A stretch of 32,000 nucleotides of DNA from Candidatus Electronema aureum. Its GTDB lineage: Bacteria; Desulfobacterota; Desulfobulbia; Desulfobulbales; Desulfobulbaceae. This document shows, in pieces, positions 23,883-32,000 of the stretch. The DNA lies in the NCBI GenBank assembly GCA_004284765.1, contig NQJD01000001.1, positions 150,001 to 182,000 of the forward strand, given 5' to 3'. The notes under the pieces are model-generated. The model saw nothing but the letters and a program-made list of their open reading frames with translations, had not been told where the DNA came from and did not search any database. Position 1 is the first letter of the stretch; each line of letters begins with the position of its first letter. Position numbers and translations under genes: made by a program.

Positions 23883-24938
23883 TCAGTGGCCCGTTGCTGT
23901 CGGCAAAGAGTGGGAAATGGAATTGAATAACTCCATACAGAAGCGGCAGGTCTCGCAGCGGTTGTTGCAAACTGAGAGCATGTTGGCGAAATCAAAGGAA
24001 AGTCCGCTGTTGTCCACATATAACTCTGAAGCTAACCAATGTGAGGAATCGAGTAACTCCAGCAGATTATCCTTCCAGCTGCGGTCAATGTAGGCGGTGA
24101 TGATCCGCCGCAGCGCGGTGCTATTTAAGTTTCGCCCACTGATTTTGATGAGATCGACATCATAGAGATAAGAATCAACATCTTCTGGGCGGATGAAAGG
24201 CGACTGAAGAATGCGGTAGGGCTGCTTTTTCAGCAGCTGTTTACAGCCTAAATTGTTGTTAATTTTATTGCTACTGCTGCCGTCGGTGCAGTTGTCCAAG
24301 GCGATGTAGGCATCATGGGCGGAACGGTAAGGGCAGTAGGGCAGGCAGCCCTCATTGCCCACTAACTCCAGCTTGAGATCGGACAGTCCTTCCCGGCACC
24401 AGCGGGCTATTTCTGTTAATTTATTTAGGTTGCGATTAAGAGAACGATCTAACACGATCCGAGTTGGCTGGTGAAAGTGGGTTTCACCGATGTATGCCAA
24501 ATGCGCGTCGATTTTTCCTTGCGAATCGAGCAGGGTATTAATGCCCGGTACTGCTTCTAACTGGGCAGCCAACTCAGGTGCCTCATTAGACAAACACTGA
24601 AGCAGGTAATGATCGCAATAAATAATACCGCTGATCACCTTCCGCTCAACGCAAAATTCCAGTGAACTGATTAAGGTCCGCAGCTGCTGTTTATCTGTGA
24701 GGAGTGCTGGGCCGTAAAATCGGCTATTAAGCAAGGCGTAGCGTTTGGGAATGGAGATTTGATCAAGCAAACCTGCTAAAACATCAACTGTCTCCACGGA
24801 CTTTGAATGCGCACGATTATCCATGCGCTGTACGCCAGGCAGACTGAAATGGACACTGTCGATGTGACCGCTGTTGCTGTTGAGAAACTCGATATAGGCT
24901 TCTTCAGGTAGAAAGGGTACATCAAGAAAAGGTGTCAT
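23883..24938 (-). CDS. U32-like (TIM-barrel type) protein with Cys-rich C-terminus; family uncertain
   Basis: 351 aa, starting 7 nt after the stop of the upstream U32 gene. The N-terminus LDVPFLPEEAYIEFLNSNSGHIDSVHFSLPG loosely parallels U32 N-termini. Cysteine motifs NEGCLPYCPY and C-terminal CNNRCETCRFC (Cx3Cx2Cx2C). Confidence 0.4.
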   Translation of the reverse strand: MTPFLDVPFLPEEAYIEFLNSNSGHIDSVHFSLPGVQRMDNRAHSKSVETVDVLAGLLDQISIPKRYALLNSRFYGPALLTDKQQLRTLISSLEFCVERKVISGIIYCDHYLLQCLSNEAPELAAQLEAVPGINTLLDSQGKIDAHLAYIGETHFHQPTRIVLDRSLNRNLNKLTEIARWCREGLSDLKLELVGNEGCLPYCPYRSAHDAYIALDNCTDGSSSNKINNNLGCKQLLKKQPYRILQSPFIRPEDVDSYLYDVDLIKISGRNLNSTALRRIITAYIDRSWKDNLLELLDSSHWLASELYVDNSGLSFDFANMLSVCNNRCETCRFCMELFNSISHSLPTATGH

Positions 24939-24945
24939 AATTCAA

Positions 24946-26211
24946 TTATGTTGATGATTGTTGATGCTGATCAAATCGTTTGCGGAACAGATCACTGGCC
25001 CGCAGGCTCTCAGGCGCAGGCTCCAAGACAGGCGTGACAAGGCAGCCTGGATTAGCCCGCCGTATCGCTGTCCCATCGGCTGCGGTCATGGCTAATACCG
25101 TGCAAACCGTCGGCTCCAGCTTGCAGCCCAGATGCTCAATTTGGTCGCCGAGTTCCAGCACATTGCGAGTTTCCAGCAGCAGCGGTTCTGTACCGCGCAC
25201 AATGCCGACTGGGGCGAAGGGCTGAATCTCCCTCATTCTATCATAAAGCATGGCAGTAGATGAAGGGCTGGCAGTAAAAAAGTTTTCTGTCTGGCCGCGC
25301 GTACCGATTTTGTCGATTTCCTCGGCAAAAACGGGCGGCAGAATGATTTTTTCCCAAGGTTGGTCTGCTTCCCGCTGTGCTTTTATGTAATCCAGCGCGG
25401 CCCGATAAACTCTGACCGCCGCACCCACGTAGCCAACGGATTTCATTCGTCCTTCGATTTTGATTGAATTCACTCCGGCAGCGGCCAGTTCAGGGAGTCG
25501 TCCCAGCAGACAGAGGTCGCGGGAATTGAAAATATAGGTACCTCGCTCATCCTCAAAAACTGGGAAATATTGGCCGGGCCGCTTTTCCTCCAACAGGCAA
25601 TACGAATAGCGGCAGGCATGGGCACAGTCGCCGAGATTGGCACTGCGGCCTGTCATATAACTGGAAAGCAGGCAGCGACCTGAATAGGAAATGCAAAGTG
25701 CGCCGTGGACAAAGACCTCCAGCTGCGCCGTTGTGGTCTGTCGGATCGCGCGGATTTCCTCCAACCCCAGCTCACGGGCCAAATTCAGCCGTTTCACGCC
25801 TTGCTCGACCCAAAAACGAACGCTGGCTCTGTTCGTCACATTCGCCTGAGTGGAAAGATGAAGCGGCAGATCAGGCACCGCCTCCCGACAGAGTAGGAGA
25901 ATGCCTGGATCAGCGACAATCAGGGCATCTGCGCCCGCCTCTTGCAGAAAAAGTAGGTATTCCTCTAAGCCGTTCAAGTCGCGGTTATGGGCAAAAATAT
26001 TGACTGTGACATAAACTTTCACTCCATGCTGATGGGCATAGACGACCGCCTCGCGCAAGCCGGGACGATCAAAGTTGCCTGCTTGCGCTCGTAGGCTCCA
26101 ACTCGCGCCACCGAGATAAACGGCATCTGCGCCGTAATGGATAGCGGCAGTGAGCTTTTCTCGGCTGCCTGCCGGAGCTAACAGTTCTGGGATATTTATT
26201 TCTGTCTTCAT
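24946..26211 (-). CDS. Peptidase U32 family protein (TrhP/RlhA/UbiU-like Fe-S enzyme family)
   Basis: ELLAPAGS..AAIHYGADAVYLGG, the U32 signature EVFVHGALCISYSGRCLLSS, and GDCAHACR. The C-terminal beta-barrel-like region is typical of YegQ-type members. Confidence 0.85.
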   Translation of the reverse strand: MKTEINIPELLAPAGSREKLTAAIHYGADAVYLGGASWSLRAQAGNFDRPGLREAVVYAHQHGVKVYVTVNIFAHNRDLNGLEEYLLFLQEAGADALIVADPGILLLCREAVPDLPLHLSTQANVTNRASVRFWVEQGVKRLNLARELGLEEIRAIRQTTTAQLEVFVHGALCISYSGRCLLSSYMTGRSANLGDCAHACRYSYCLLEEKRPGQYFPVFEDERGTYIFNSRDLCLLGRLPELAAAGVNSIKIEGRMKSVGYVGAAVRVYRAALDYIKAQREADQPWEKIILPPVFAEEIDKIGTRGQTENFFTASPSSTAMLYDRMREIQPFAPVGIVRGTEPLLLETRNVLELGDQIEHLGCKLEPTVCTVLAMTAADGTAIRRANPGCLVTPVLEPAPESLRASDLFRKRFDQHQQSST

Positions 26212-26449
26212 GCGGATGTTTGTGGGATGCGGTTGATGAATGATTCGGTGCAGCGGGTCGGTAGAAAAGCGGCAAAAACAGCAGCTCCGTCTTGACCAGC
26301 ACTGATTTTACGGCTATCGTGAAGTGCGTTCTCACCATAAAATGCAAGGACTCCCCTGTCAACAAGATCGGCAGCTGCCAGACGGTTCTTTTTGTTTGTG
26401 TAGCGGGCAGTTCTTGCATTCTTTTGTGATTTTTATTATTTGATACAGC

Positions 26450-26851
26450 ATGAATCAAGAACAACAGCAGGAAAATACAGTCCGCATTGACAAATGGCTC
26501 TGGGCGGCTCGGTTTTTCAAAACCCGCGCTTTAGCCTCGGCAGCAGTCAGCAGCGGCCATGTGCAGATTGACGGCAGTCGGATGAAGCCGTCACGCAATG
26601 TACAAATCGGCAACCGGCTGCACATCCGGCGTGGCGAAGAGGAATACGAAATCGACGTGCTGGCCTTGAGTGAGCGACGCGGCCCGGCCAAGGAAGCGGC
26701 TTGGCTCTATGCAGAAACCGAGGAGTCCATCAAGCAACGCGAGGTGGCCCGTGAACAGCGCAAATTAATCGCTGGGCCGATAGCTCGACCAGAAAGTCGG
26801 CCTGACAAACGAGACCGGCGTAAAATCCGACAGTTTTTGTTGAAAGAATGA
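26450..26851 (+). CDS. hslR: Hsp15-like S4-domain RNA-binding protein
   Basis: VRIDKWLWAARFFKTRALA...V..G.V.I.G...KPS..V..G (S4 motif). Basic C-terminal tail. 133 aa. Confidence 0.85.
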   Translation: MNQEQQQENTVRIDKWLWAARFFKTRALASAAVSSGHVQIDGSRMKPSRNVQIGNRLHIRRGEEEYEIDVLALSERRGPAKEAAWLYAETEESIKQREVAREQRKLIAGPIARPESRPDKRDRRKIRQFLLKE

Positions 26852-26903
26852 ACTATAGGGGCATCTACCCTTGAAAAATAAGGCAACCAAAGAGTGAAGA
26901 GAT

Positions 26904-27524
26904 ATGAACAAAGCAACACGGGCGTTAATCAGCCTGACTGACAAATCCGGGATTGAAGATTTTGCCAAGGCGTTGACCGAAATGGGGATTGAAATTCTCT
27001 CCACTGGCGGCACAGCCAAAAAACTGCGCGACAACGGCATTCCGGTTAAGGATGTTTCTGATTTCACCGGTTTCCCGGAAATTCTTGATGGCCGAGTGAA
27101 AACCCTGCATCCTTTAGTGCATGGTGGTATTCTCAATCAACGGGACAATGCCGAGCATCAGCAACAATGCGGTGAACACGGTATCAAACCCATCGACATT
27201 GTGGCGGTGAATCTTTACGCCTTTGGCAAAACCGTAGCTGATCCCAAGTGCAGCTTGGCTGATGCAATTGAAAATATCGACATTGGCGGGCCAACTCTGC
27301 TTCGCGCTTCAGCAAAGAATTTCCATGATGTAACCGTGATTGTTGATCCGGCAGACTACAGCCAAGTGTTGGCGGAAATTCGCGCGCAGGGCAACACAAC
27401 CCTAAAAACCCGCTTCAGGCTGGCGGTTAAAGTCTTCCAGCTGACTTCATCCTACGACACCGCAATTGCCGACTGGCTGACCAAGGTTGATGCGGACAGC
27501 AATCCCTATTTCGAGGGCAGATAA
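26904..27524 (+). CDS. purH: Stand-alone IMP cyclohydrolase (PurH N-terminal MGS-like domain only)
   Basis: [32 protein letters not shown]...[27 protein letters not shown] and [20 protein letters not shown]. The ORF stops after ~206 aa, with no AICAR transformylase domain. The stop TAA is immediately followed by the purN ATG. Confidence 0.85.
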   Translation: MNKATRALISLTDKSGIEDFAKALTEMGIEILSTGGTAKKLRDNGIPVKDVSDFTGFPEILDGRVKTLHPLVHGGILNQRDNAEHQQQCGEHGIKPIDIVAVNLYAFGKTVADPKCSLADAIENIDIGGPTLLRASAKNFHDVTVIVDPADYSQVLAEIRAQGNTTLKTRFRLAVKVFQLTSSYDTAIADWLTKVDADSNPYFEGR

Positions 27525-28100
27525 ATGCAGAAAATGGCGGTGCTACTCTCCGGTTCCGGCAGAACCTTGGACAATTTTCATCAGAGGATTCAAGCGGGTA
27601 TTCTCAATGCCGAGATTCAGGTGGTGATCTCTAATGTTGCTGATGCGCTGGGCTTGGAAAAGGCGAAACGTTATGGCTATCCGGCCTTTCACGCGGTCGG
27701 TAGCGCGACCACCAACGCAATTCTGGCCCGTTACGACATCAATCTGATCGCGCTGGCCGGATATCTCAAACTCTACCAGCCACCAGAAGCCCTAAAACGT
27801 CGGGTGATCAATATCCATCCCTCGTTAATTCCTGCCTTTTGCGGGCCGGGTTTTTACGGCCATCACGTCCACGAGGCGGTGTTGGCTAAAGGTTGCACGG
27901 TCAGTGGTTGCACCGTCCATTTTGCTAATGAAATCTACGACGAAGGGCCGATTATCATGCAGCGTTGTGTAAGCATCGACGACTGCCAAACCGCAGATGA
28001 AATTGCTGACCGAGTTTTCGCCTTGGAATGCGAGGTTTATCCCGAAGCCATCAATTTGGTGGACGAAAAGGGTGCAGAGCATTTCTGGCACAGAGGATAA
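27525..28100 (+). CDS. purN: Phosphoribosylglycinamide formyltransferase
   Basis: AVLLSGSGRTL, LAGYLKL, INIHPSLIPAF.G, GCTVHF..E.YDEGPII.Q. 191 aa. Confidence 0.9.
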   Translation: MQKMAVLLSGSGRTLDNFHQRIQAGILNAEIQVVISNVADALGLEKAKRYGYPAFHAVGSATTNAILARYDINLIALAGYLKLYQPPEALKRRVINIHPSLIPAFCGPGFYGHHVHEAVLAKGCTVSGCTVHFANEIYDEGPIIMQRCVSIDDCQTADEIADRVFALECEVYPEAINLVDEKGAEHFWHRG

Positions 28101-28138
28101 GCGGGTTCTTTAATCTCTTTGATCGTTAAGAAGGCAAG

Positions 28139-29539
28139 ATGCACGACTGTCCTGATTTGCAGAGAATGTGCCAGCGGGTACGTGAGAAGTCTGTTAGCTA
28201 TGAGCAGTATAATTTTACCTGCTATTTTGATGACTTCCTCAAGGCGTTCTTTGATCTCGCCCAAGAATATGAATCGCTGAACGATTTCTACCGAATTTGC
28301 GTGGCCGTGCCTTTGGAGATGCTCGACATTTCCAGTGCGCTTTACCTCTATGATGAGAAAGATCAGGCACTGTATTTGATCTGCGACTGTAGGCAAGGCG
28401 TACATCAAAAGAAGGAGCCTGCGCCAGATAATATCATCCTTTGCAACGAGCCGTATCGTAGCGGTGATAGTTATGTGATGCCGATTTGTAGCAAGGCGCA
28501 GATGGAGTTGAATGAACCACCGGACGAGGAAAATCATCCGCCGCAGTGTCCGAGTCCCGGGCGACTGCACGGCAAAAATCGGGTGCTGGGTATGTACAGC
28601 ATCTCGCCCTTTGAGAAGCTGTCTAAAAATGATCGATTTTTCTTCACTAAATATACCAACCGAATTGGCTATAGTCTGCACAATCGACTGATGGCTTTGC
28701 AGAACATAGAGCATCTCAAGTTTATCAACACATTGGTGCTGGATATTGAACACAATGTAATTGTGCCGAATATGTATTTCCGGCACCTGTTTAATAAGCT
28801 AAAGAAAAGCATTGCGGAGATTGAAACACTACGCGAGGATATATGCAACGTAGCTGATTCAGAAAAAGCCGAAGAGCGGGATGCCTGTATAGATCGCTGC
28901 ACAGCCTTCCAAAAAAGCCTGATGTTTCATCACGGCGAGTTAGTCAAGCATCACCAGAACATCAGCCTCTTTCTCGAAAGCCTGTTCCGGCGTGAGCATT
29001 TTGAACGAGGCTGCATGATTCTACATCCTAAACAGTGCTTTGTTGAAAAGGAAATTATTCTTCCGCAGTTAGAGCATTATGACAGCCGCTTTCGCTCCGC
29101 CAACATCTCAGTGGAGCGGCCCGGTAACATGCTCTATGAGGAATTTCAGCTTTATGTCGATATTGGTCTGCTTTCGCAGGTTTATGCTAATCTTTTCTCC
29201 AACGCGACCAAATATACCCGCGAAATTATCACTCACGAAGGCAAGCCGCGCAAGGCTGTGGCGTATGGCCGTGAGGTAGTCGATAATTTCCCTGAATGCG
29301 GAGAAAAAGGAATTAAATTCAATGTGTTCAGCACTGGACCGCATTTGGACAAAGAGGATGCGCGGCATATTTTTCAAGAAGGAGTGCGCGGTAAGGACAG
29401 TCAAGGTATTCACGGGACAGGCCACGGTCTTTCCTTTGTCCAGCACGTGGTTGAGCTACACGGCGGCATTGTCGGCTACGAGGCCACTGCCGAGGGCAAC
29501 AACTTTTACTTCATCCTGCCCATCGTTTCCGCAGCCTAA
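28139..29539 (+). CDS. Cytoplasmic sensor kinase-like protein (GAF-like N-terminal region, atypical H-box, HATPase_c)
   Basis: ATG at 28139 follows AAGAAGG. C-terminal ATPase motifs YANLFSNATKY, GTGHGLSFVQHVVELHGG. Candidate phospho-acceptor region LVLDIEHNVIVP. No TM segments. Confidence 0.7.
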   Translation: MHDCPDLQRMCQRVREKSVSYEQYNFTCYFDDFLKAFFDLAQEYESLNDFYRICVAVPLEMLDISSALYLYDEKDQALYLICDCRQGVHQKKEPAPDNIILCNEPYRSGDSYVMPICSKAQMELNEPPDEENHPPQCPSPGRLHGKNRVLGMYSISPFEKLSKNDRFFFTKYTNRIGYSLHNRLMALQNIEHLKFINTLVLDIEHNVIVPNMYFRHLFNKLKKSIAEIETLREDICNVADSEKAEERDACIDRCTAFQKSLMFHHGELVKHHQNISLFLESLFRREHFERGCMILHPKQCFVEKEIILPQLEHYDSRFRSANISVERPGNMLYEEFQLYVDIGLLSQVYANLFSNATKYTREIITHEGKPRKAVAYGREVVDNFPECGEKGIKFNVFSTGPHLDKEDARHIFQEGVRGKDSQGIHGTGHGLSFVQHVVELHGGIVGYEATAEGNNFYFILPIVSAA

Positions 29540-29560
29540 GAGGCGGAAAAGCGAGGAAAC

Positions 29561-30661
29561 TTGAATCAACCTCCGCTGATAGTTCACACCGATTGGTCGC
29601 GCTCTTGGGGTGGACAGGAAATTCGGACGCTTACCGAGCTACGCGAGATGCGAAAACTCGGCTTTCGCACTGCCTTGATTGTGCGCGAGGGTGCAGAGCT
29701 GGCGCACCGCTGCGAGCAGGAAGGCTTTCCGGTTTATTGCATCGATTTTTCTTCCAAATTCAATCTGCCTGCTTGGCTGCAACTTCTAAAATTGCTTTGG
29801 CGGCTGCGGCCAGCGGTAGTCAACACCCATTCCTCTGAAGATTCTTGGATGGCGGGCTGCGCTGCTCGTATCTGCGGGGTACCGCTGATTGCTCGCACCC
29901 GACACGTGCTGGAACCCATTTCCTCCTCTTTCAGTTACCGAGCTTTTCCCCATGTCATCTTTGCTTGCAGCGAGGCCATTGCCAAACAGTTAGCTGAACA
30001 AGGGGTGCCGCGCCGAAAGATTGTGGTGCAATCCACTGGCATTGACGAGGAACGTTTTTGTTTTTCCGCGCAAGACCGAGAGGAAGTACGGCAGCAGTAC
30101 AATATAGGCGATCAGGATATCCTTGTCGGCAACGTAGCTTTTCTTCGCCATTACAAGGGACACGAGTTTATTGCTCGGACAGCAGCAGCACTGCCTGATC
30201 GGTTCAAATTCATGATCGTCGGTGGCGGTAATGGTCGTGCAATCTTAGAGAAGGACATTGCCAAGGCAGGAGTGCAGAATCGTTTTATTCTCATCGGGCA
30301 TCGCGAAGACCCAGAGCGTTTTTTCTCTGCCTTTGACCTCATCTTTTTCTCTTCCTATGAAACCGAAGGTATTTCTCAATCCTTCATTCAGGGTTTGCTT
30401 TACGGCATTCCGCTCTTGACCTGCCGCACTCCTTCTCTTCTGGAACCACTGGAGTTTGTGCAAAAATACAAGCTGGTGGATTACGGAGATGTGGAGGCAG
30501 CGAAAGCAGCTCTGCTGGAGTTAGCCACGCATACTGTCCATGATGAAGAGCACGTGCGACAACAACGCGAGGATATTGCCGGGAAATACGGCCTACGAAA
30601 GATGGTGGAGAATATCGTCAGGGTATATGGCGAGCAAGGGGTGATGCTGAATCACCCCTGA
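29561..30661 (+). CDS. Glycosyltransferase, GT4/GT-B family
   Basis: TTG start at 29561 follows GAGGAA. GGQEIRTL..L...G, a C-terminal E..G......A...G.P pattern (SYETEGISQSFIQGLLYGIPLLT). Confidence 0.8.
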   Translation: MNQPPLIVHTDWSRSWGGQEIRTLTELREMRKLGFRTALIVREGAELAHRCEQEGFPVYCIDFSSKFNLPAWLQLLKLLWRLRPAVVNTHSSEDSWMAGCAARICGVPLIARTRHVLEPISSSFSYRAFPHVIFACSEAIAKQLAEQGVPRRKIVVQSTGIDEERFCFSAQDREEVRQQYNIGDQDILVGNVAFLRHYKGHEFIARTAAALPDRFKFMIVGGGNGRAILEKDIAKAGVQNRFILIGHREDPERFFSAFDLIFFSSYETEGISQSFIQGLLYGIPLLTCRTPSLLEPLEFVQKYKLVDYGDVEAAKAALLELATHTVHDEEHVRQQREDIAGKYGLRKMVENIVRVYGEQGVMLNHP

Positions 30662-31666
30662 CCCTACTACCTGATCATCCTCATATAAGACCGCAAACTG
30701 ACCCGGCGTGATTGCCCGCTGCGGCTCCTTGAAGAAAACCCGCCAGCAACCGTTTTCCGTAGGTACAGCCTTTGCTTCAGCAGCTTGATGGCGCGAACGA
30801 AGTTGCACTCTACCTTGCCATTGCTCCGATGGCTCGATCTGCCACTGCATATCGGCTAGCAACAGCTCACGCTGGAACAGCTCTTGGTTTTTGCCAACGA
30901 TCACTACGTTCCGCTCCGCATCCAAGCCGGTCACATACCAAGGGGTTGCATCCGGCAAGCCCAGCCCACGCCGCTGCCCAACGGTGTAATTCCAGATGCC
31001 CTGATGCGAACCAAGCACCTTGCCCTGTTCGGTGATAATCTCACCGCTGCGGGCCTCTATCCCCTGTTGATCGAGAAAACCAGCTAAATCCTGACCGGCA
31101 AGAAAGCAAACATCTTGGCTTTCGCCGCCTTCTTCAAAATTGGAGAAGCCCATTGCCCGCGCACGCGCAAATACGTCTTGCTTCCGCCAAGTTCCTAGCG
31201 GTAGGATAAGCCGAGAAAGCTGCTTCGCAGTCAAGCGGCAGAGAAAATAAGACTGATCCTTAGCCGAATCAAGACCGCGCCGCAAGCTACCGCTCTCAAC
31301 CCGCGCATAATGGCCGGTGGCCATTGCGTCCATGCTCTTAGCGGCCATTGCTTCCAGTAGCAGGCCGAACTTGATCAGCCGATTGCAGATGATGCAGGGA
31401 TTGGGCGTGAGTCCCTGCCTGTAGGTGGCGGTAAATGAGGCAATAATCTGCTGCTGAAATTGCTCGCGCCGGTCAACAAGATGAAGCGGAATGCCGAGGC
31501 GATCTGCAATATTCTGCACCTTGCCGACCTGCTGCTCGCTGTCCGGCAGTAGGAGCATGAAAAAGCCTTGCACGGCAAAACCCTGCTCCAGCAGCAGCGC
31601 GACGGCGATCGTGGAATCAACGCCGCCGCTGAGGGCGATGCCGATATTTCGGGGAAAAAGTAGCAT
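30593..31666 (-). CDS. mnmA: tRNA-specific 2-thiouridylase
   Basis: PP-loop IALSGGVDSTIA, NPCIICNRLIKF, TGHYAR, KDQSYFL. 357 aa. The 3' end overlaps the convergent glycosyltransferase gene by 69 nt. Confidence 0.92.
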   Translation of the reverse strand: MLLFPRNIGIALSGGVDSTIAVALLLEQGFAVQGFFMLLLPDSEQQVGKVQNIADRLGIPLHLVDRREQFQQQIIASFTATYRQGLTPNPCIICNRLIKFGLLLEAMAAKSMDAMATGHYARVESGSLRRGLDSAKDQSYFLCRLTAKQLSRLILPLGTWRKQDVFARARAMGFSNFEEGGESQDVCFLAGQDLAGFLDQQGIEARSGEIITEQGKVLGSHQGIWNYTVGQRRGLGLPDATPWYVTGLDAERNVVIVGKNQELFQRELLLADMQWQIEPSEQWQGRVQLRSRHQAAEAKAVPTENGCWRVFFKEPQRAITPGQFAVLYEDDQVVGSGVIQHHPLLAIYPDDILHHLS

Positions 31667-31916
31667 GGGATTATTTTCAATTAACCTAGCCCTGCATAGT
31701 ATTCTTGATACTTCCTGTTGCCTTCAGGCGTGTTGTCATGATCCGGGCCGCGCCACCACTTGTCAGCAAGAAAATCTTCACGAGGCAGATAGCGGATATT
31801 GTAGGATTGCGGAACCGTGAGGGCGTTGACTTCGGGCCGCTATTGGATCGTTGCCATGATCGTTCTCCAAGGCAAAGGGAATGATGCGCCAGCATGGAAG
31901 GAAATTGCTTTCAGGC

Positions 31917-31945
31917 AGCGTAAGGCGATCCCCAGGCTTTGTCAA
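31917..31945 (-). promoter_or_regulatory. Candidate sigma70 promoter upstream of the small ORF / mnmA
   Basis: The minus strand reads TTGACA (31945-31940), a 17-nt spacer, then TACGCT (31922-31917). The -10 element is weak. Confidence 0.3.
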
Positions 31946-32000
31946 GGAATCTATTAAGGGTTGAATATGCAGCGATGCAGCTAGCTTCCCATCCCCCCAT

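Noticed and set aside
26069-26464. 131-aa minus-strand ORF spanning the U32 start and the divergent intergenic region
   Set aside because: It overlaps the 5' end of the well-supported U32 gene in another frame and runs through the promoter region. It has no motifs.
26852-26903. ZTP (pfl) riboswitch expected upstream of purH-type genes
   Set aside because: Only 52 nt of intergenic sequence are available, with none of the conserved GGGTCGTGAC / CCGCCTGGGCA-type elements.
28037-28786. 249-aa ORF on the minus strand
   Set aside because: It is entirely antisense to the N-terminal half of the 466-aa kinase-like gene. That gene's frame continues into an unmistakable HATPase_c domain and has a good SD. 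The antisense product is low-complexity (I/L/H/R-rich) with no motifs.
31686-31895. 69-aa minus-strand ORF from the track
   Set aside because: It is in a different frame from the more protein-like sequence described in the findings. It has a Ser/Arg/Thr-rich nonsense composition and no SD.

Overview
This 32-kb chromosomal window has the gene content of an anaerobic, sulfur- or metal-respiring deltaproteobacterium (Desulfobulbales/Desulfuromonadales-like; this is a taxonomic guess only). Housekeeping genes are present: nadD, proA, pyrF, lgt, purN, a stand-alone IMP cyclohydrolase, an Hsp15-like S4 protein, mnmA and one tRNA with anticodon CAT. They are interleaved with accessory material. (1) 175-7884 is a signalling locus and the best candidate for an undescribed system. 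Six co-directional, partly translationally coupled genes encode two tandem REC-PATAN(DUF4388) response regulators (the second fused to a Roadblock/LC7 domain), a V4R-like protein, a second Roadblock/LC7 protein, a small Cys/Trp-rich two-CW-type protein and a CheY-like receiver. Two sensor histidine kinases bracket them, and no small GTPase is present. (2) 8319-9254 is an AT-rich single-gene island encoding an orphan protein with an RNxxxH (HEPN-like) motif. (3) A minus-strand block carries two unusual multihaem c-type cytochromes, lgt, pyrF and a sirohaem sulfite/nitrite reductase fused to a TusA-like domain. (4) Nested IS1-family elements include one copy with an A8C frameshift site. (5) A U32 / U32-like / FmdE-like operon lies at 23283-26211. 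I saw no CRISPR array, rRNA or prophage. All functional calls come from motif recognition by eye. No database search or computation was possible, so domain names are hypotheses to confirm with HMM searches.
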